Of a DNA stretch of 64,000 nucleotides, positions 62,413 through 64,000 are shown in pieces (position 1 is the first letter of the stretch; each line of letters begins with the position of its first letter). Position numbers and translations under genes: made by a program. Source of the stretch: Octopus sinensis (lineage: Eukaryota); the NCBI RefSeq assembly GCF_006345805.1, contig NC_042998.1, forward strand, positions 41,540,001-41,604,000, in the 5' to 3' direction. The notes beneath the pieces are model-generated. The model was given only the letters and a program-made list of their open reading frames with translations. It ran no database searches and was not told where the DNA came from.

Positions 62413-62544
62413 TGGAAGCAAGCTTCTTTCCACACAGCCATACCTGTGCCTGTTAATTGTAATGATGTCCACATGATTCCCAAGAATGAATTTTAGATAA
62501 TATTGATTACTTACTTAGGTTCAAATTCAAAAGGTTACAGGAAA

Positions 62545-62720
62545 TACTTTTCTTCTCTAGGCACAAGGCCTGAAATTTTGGGGGAAGGGGCGGTCGTTTA
62601 GATTGACCCCAGTACATAACTGGTATTTAATTTATCAAGGCAAAGTCAACCTTGGCGGAATTTGAACCCAGAATGTAAAGATAGACAAAATACTGCTAAT
62701 GATTCTGCCAGCTCACCACC
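62545..62720 (-). mobile_element. SINE family C, decayed
   Basis: ggcaaagtcaaccttggcggaatttgaacccagaatg...ctgccagctcaccacc. Confidence 0.75.
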
Positions 62721-63096
62721 AAAGGTTACAGGAAATAGAAATGATATTATGTCATCTACTATGAACACTAGTTATGTAAGAAAATTGGAACAGGGTTGCA
62801 GTTAGGAATCAAAACCATATTATGAACATGGTGTGTTGGGGACTTAGTGTCTCTCTACAGAATTAACTGTTAATAATACAGCAGGCCAATCATTTGAACT
62901 AGCATCTACTAATATAATTGACAGTATGTCTCCTCTGTCTCTGTTTGTCCATCCCAATTAACTGCCATGATACTTTCACTATTCCTGTATATTATTAAAA
63001 CACAAGTTGTTTTAGCTGAATGCAAAGTAGAAATGTATGTTGTAAGTTTAACTGTCCATGTTTAAATTCTATAGAGTTATGTACATATAATTCATT

Positions 63097-63460
63097 CATC
63101 ATCATCATCATCGTTTAGCGTCCGTTTTCCATGCTAGCATGGGTTGGACGGTTCTACTGGGGTCTGTGAAGCCAGAAGGCTTCATCAGGCCCAGTCAAAT
63201 CTGGCAGTGTTTCTACGGCTGGATGCCCTTCCTAACGCCAACCACTCCGTGAGTGTAGTGGGTGCTTTTTACGTGCCACCCGCACTGGTGCCAGACAGAG
63301 CTGGCAAACGGCCACGAACGGATGGTGCTTTTTATGTGCCACCGGCACGAGGGCCAGGCGAGGCTGGCAACGGACACGAAACGGGGCGGTGCTGGCAACG
63401 GTCGCGAAACGGAAAGTTCTCTTACATGCCACCGGCACTGGTAACACATCTGCAATTTCC
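63097..63460 (-). mobile_element. Repeat family A copy
   Basis: catcatcatcgtttagcgtccg tail plus three or four motif units. Confidence 0.88.
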
Positions 63461-64000
63461 ATTGATCGATTTCCATTGATCGATTTCCATATTTTATAAC
63501 TTATGCCTATGAAGTTTCTAAAAGTACCCCACTAGTCTTAAAATAATAAACAACTACATTTCCCTTCAAAACTTATCAGATTTTCTCTTAATTCTCAACA
63601 AGATTGGTTTCTTAACTTTAAATTAAATTGATAAAATTTTATTTTTTGATTGCTGCAAGTTCTCAAATTTATATAGATATGTAGTTGTCAGTTATACCTT
63701 TCTTAACTACCAAAATAATTTCAAATTAATTCCTTTTGACTCTACACAAATCTTGATTTGTTTATTTTCTCATTTATTTTATGTAGAAAAGTATAATTAA
63801 TCAAATTAATTTCAATATGTTATAGATATCAATTTTATTGATCTGTAAGCTATTTGAATTCAGAATAATTGAACCAATTATAATAATTCATCTGACACGA
63901 CCTTATATTTTCTTTGTCATTTTGGCAACCCTAAGATTATTTCAAATTGAATGATATGTAATAATGGTTTCAAATTTTAGCACACGGCCAGCAGTTTTAG

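Overview
AT-rich eukaryotic genomic DNA, very probably octopus/coleoid cephalopod. The species is an inference from the repeat families and was not checked by a search. Bases 266-21294 (+) hold the last nine coding exons of a dystrophin gene. They join in frame through canonical GT-AG sites to give about 331 aa covering the post-ZZ region, the syntrophin-binding sites, the coiled coils and the ancestral hydrophobic C-terminus, followed by a 3' UTR to about 22.8 kb. The rest of the window is repeat-dominated. It contains three SINE-like families, four Tc1/mariner relics, hAT- and Merlin-like MITEs, a Penelope-like element with tRNA-like and hammerhead-like motifs, and a Tx1-type LINE 3' fragment. 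A very young 4.5-kb Gypsy LTR retrotransposon (LTRs differ at 1 of 236 nt, RT motif SQDD) sits inside an old L2/CR1-group LINE. A 1.7-kb ORF1-only (gag-like) retroelement is inserted with a 16-bp TSD into a SINE head. The best leads are: a possible Tx1-driven trio (LINE, SINE tail, ORF1-only element), a candidate internal first exon for a very short dystrophin isoform, the SQDD reverse transcriptase, and the Penelope tRNA-like/hammerhead module. No prokaryotic system or true CRISPR array is supported.
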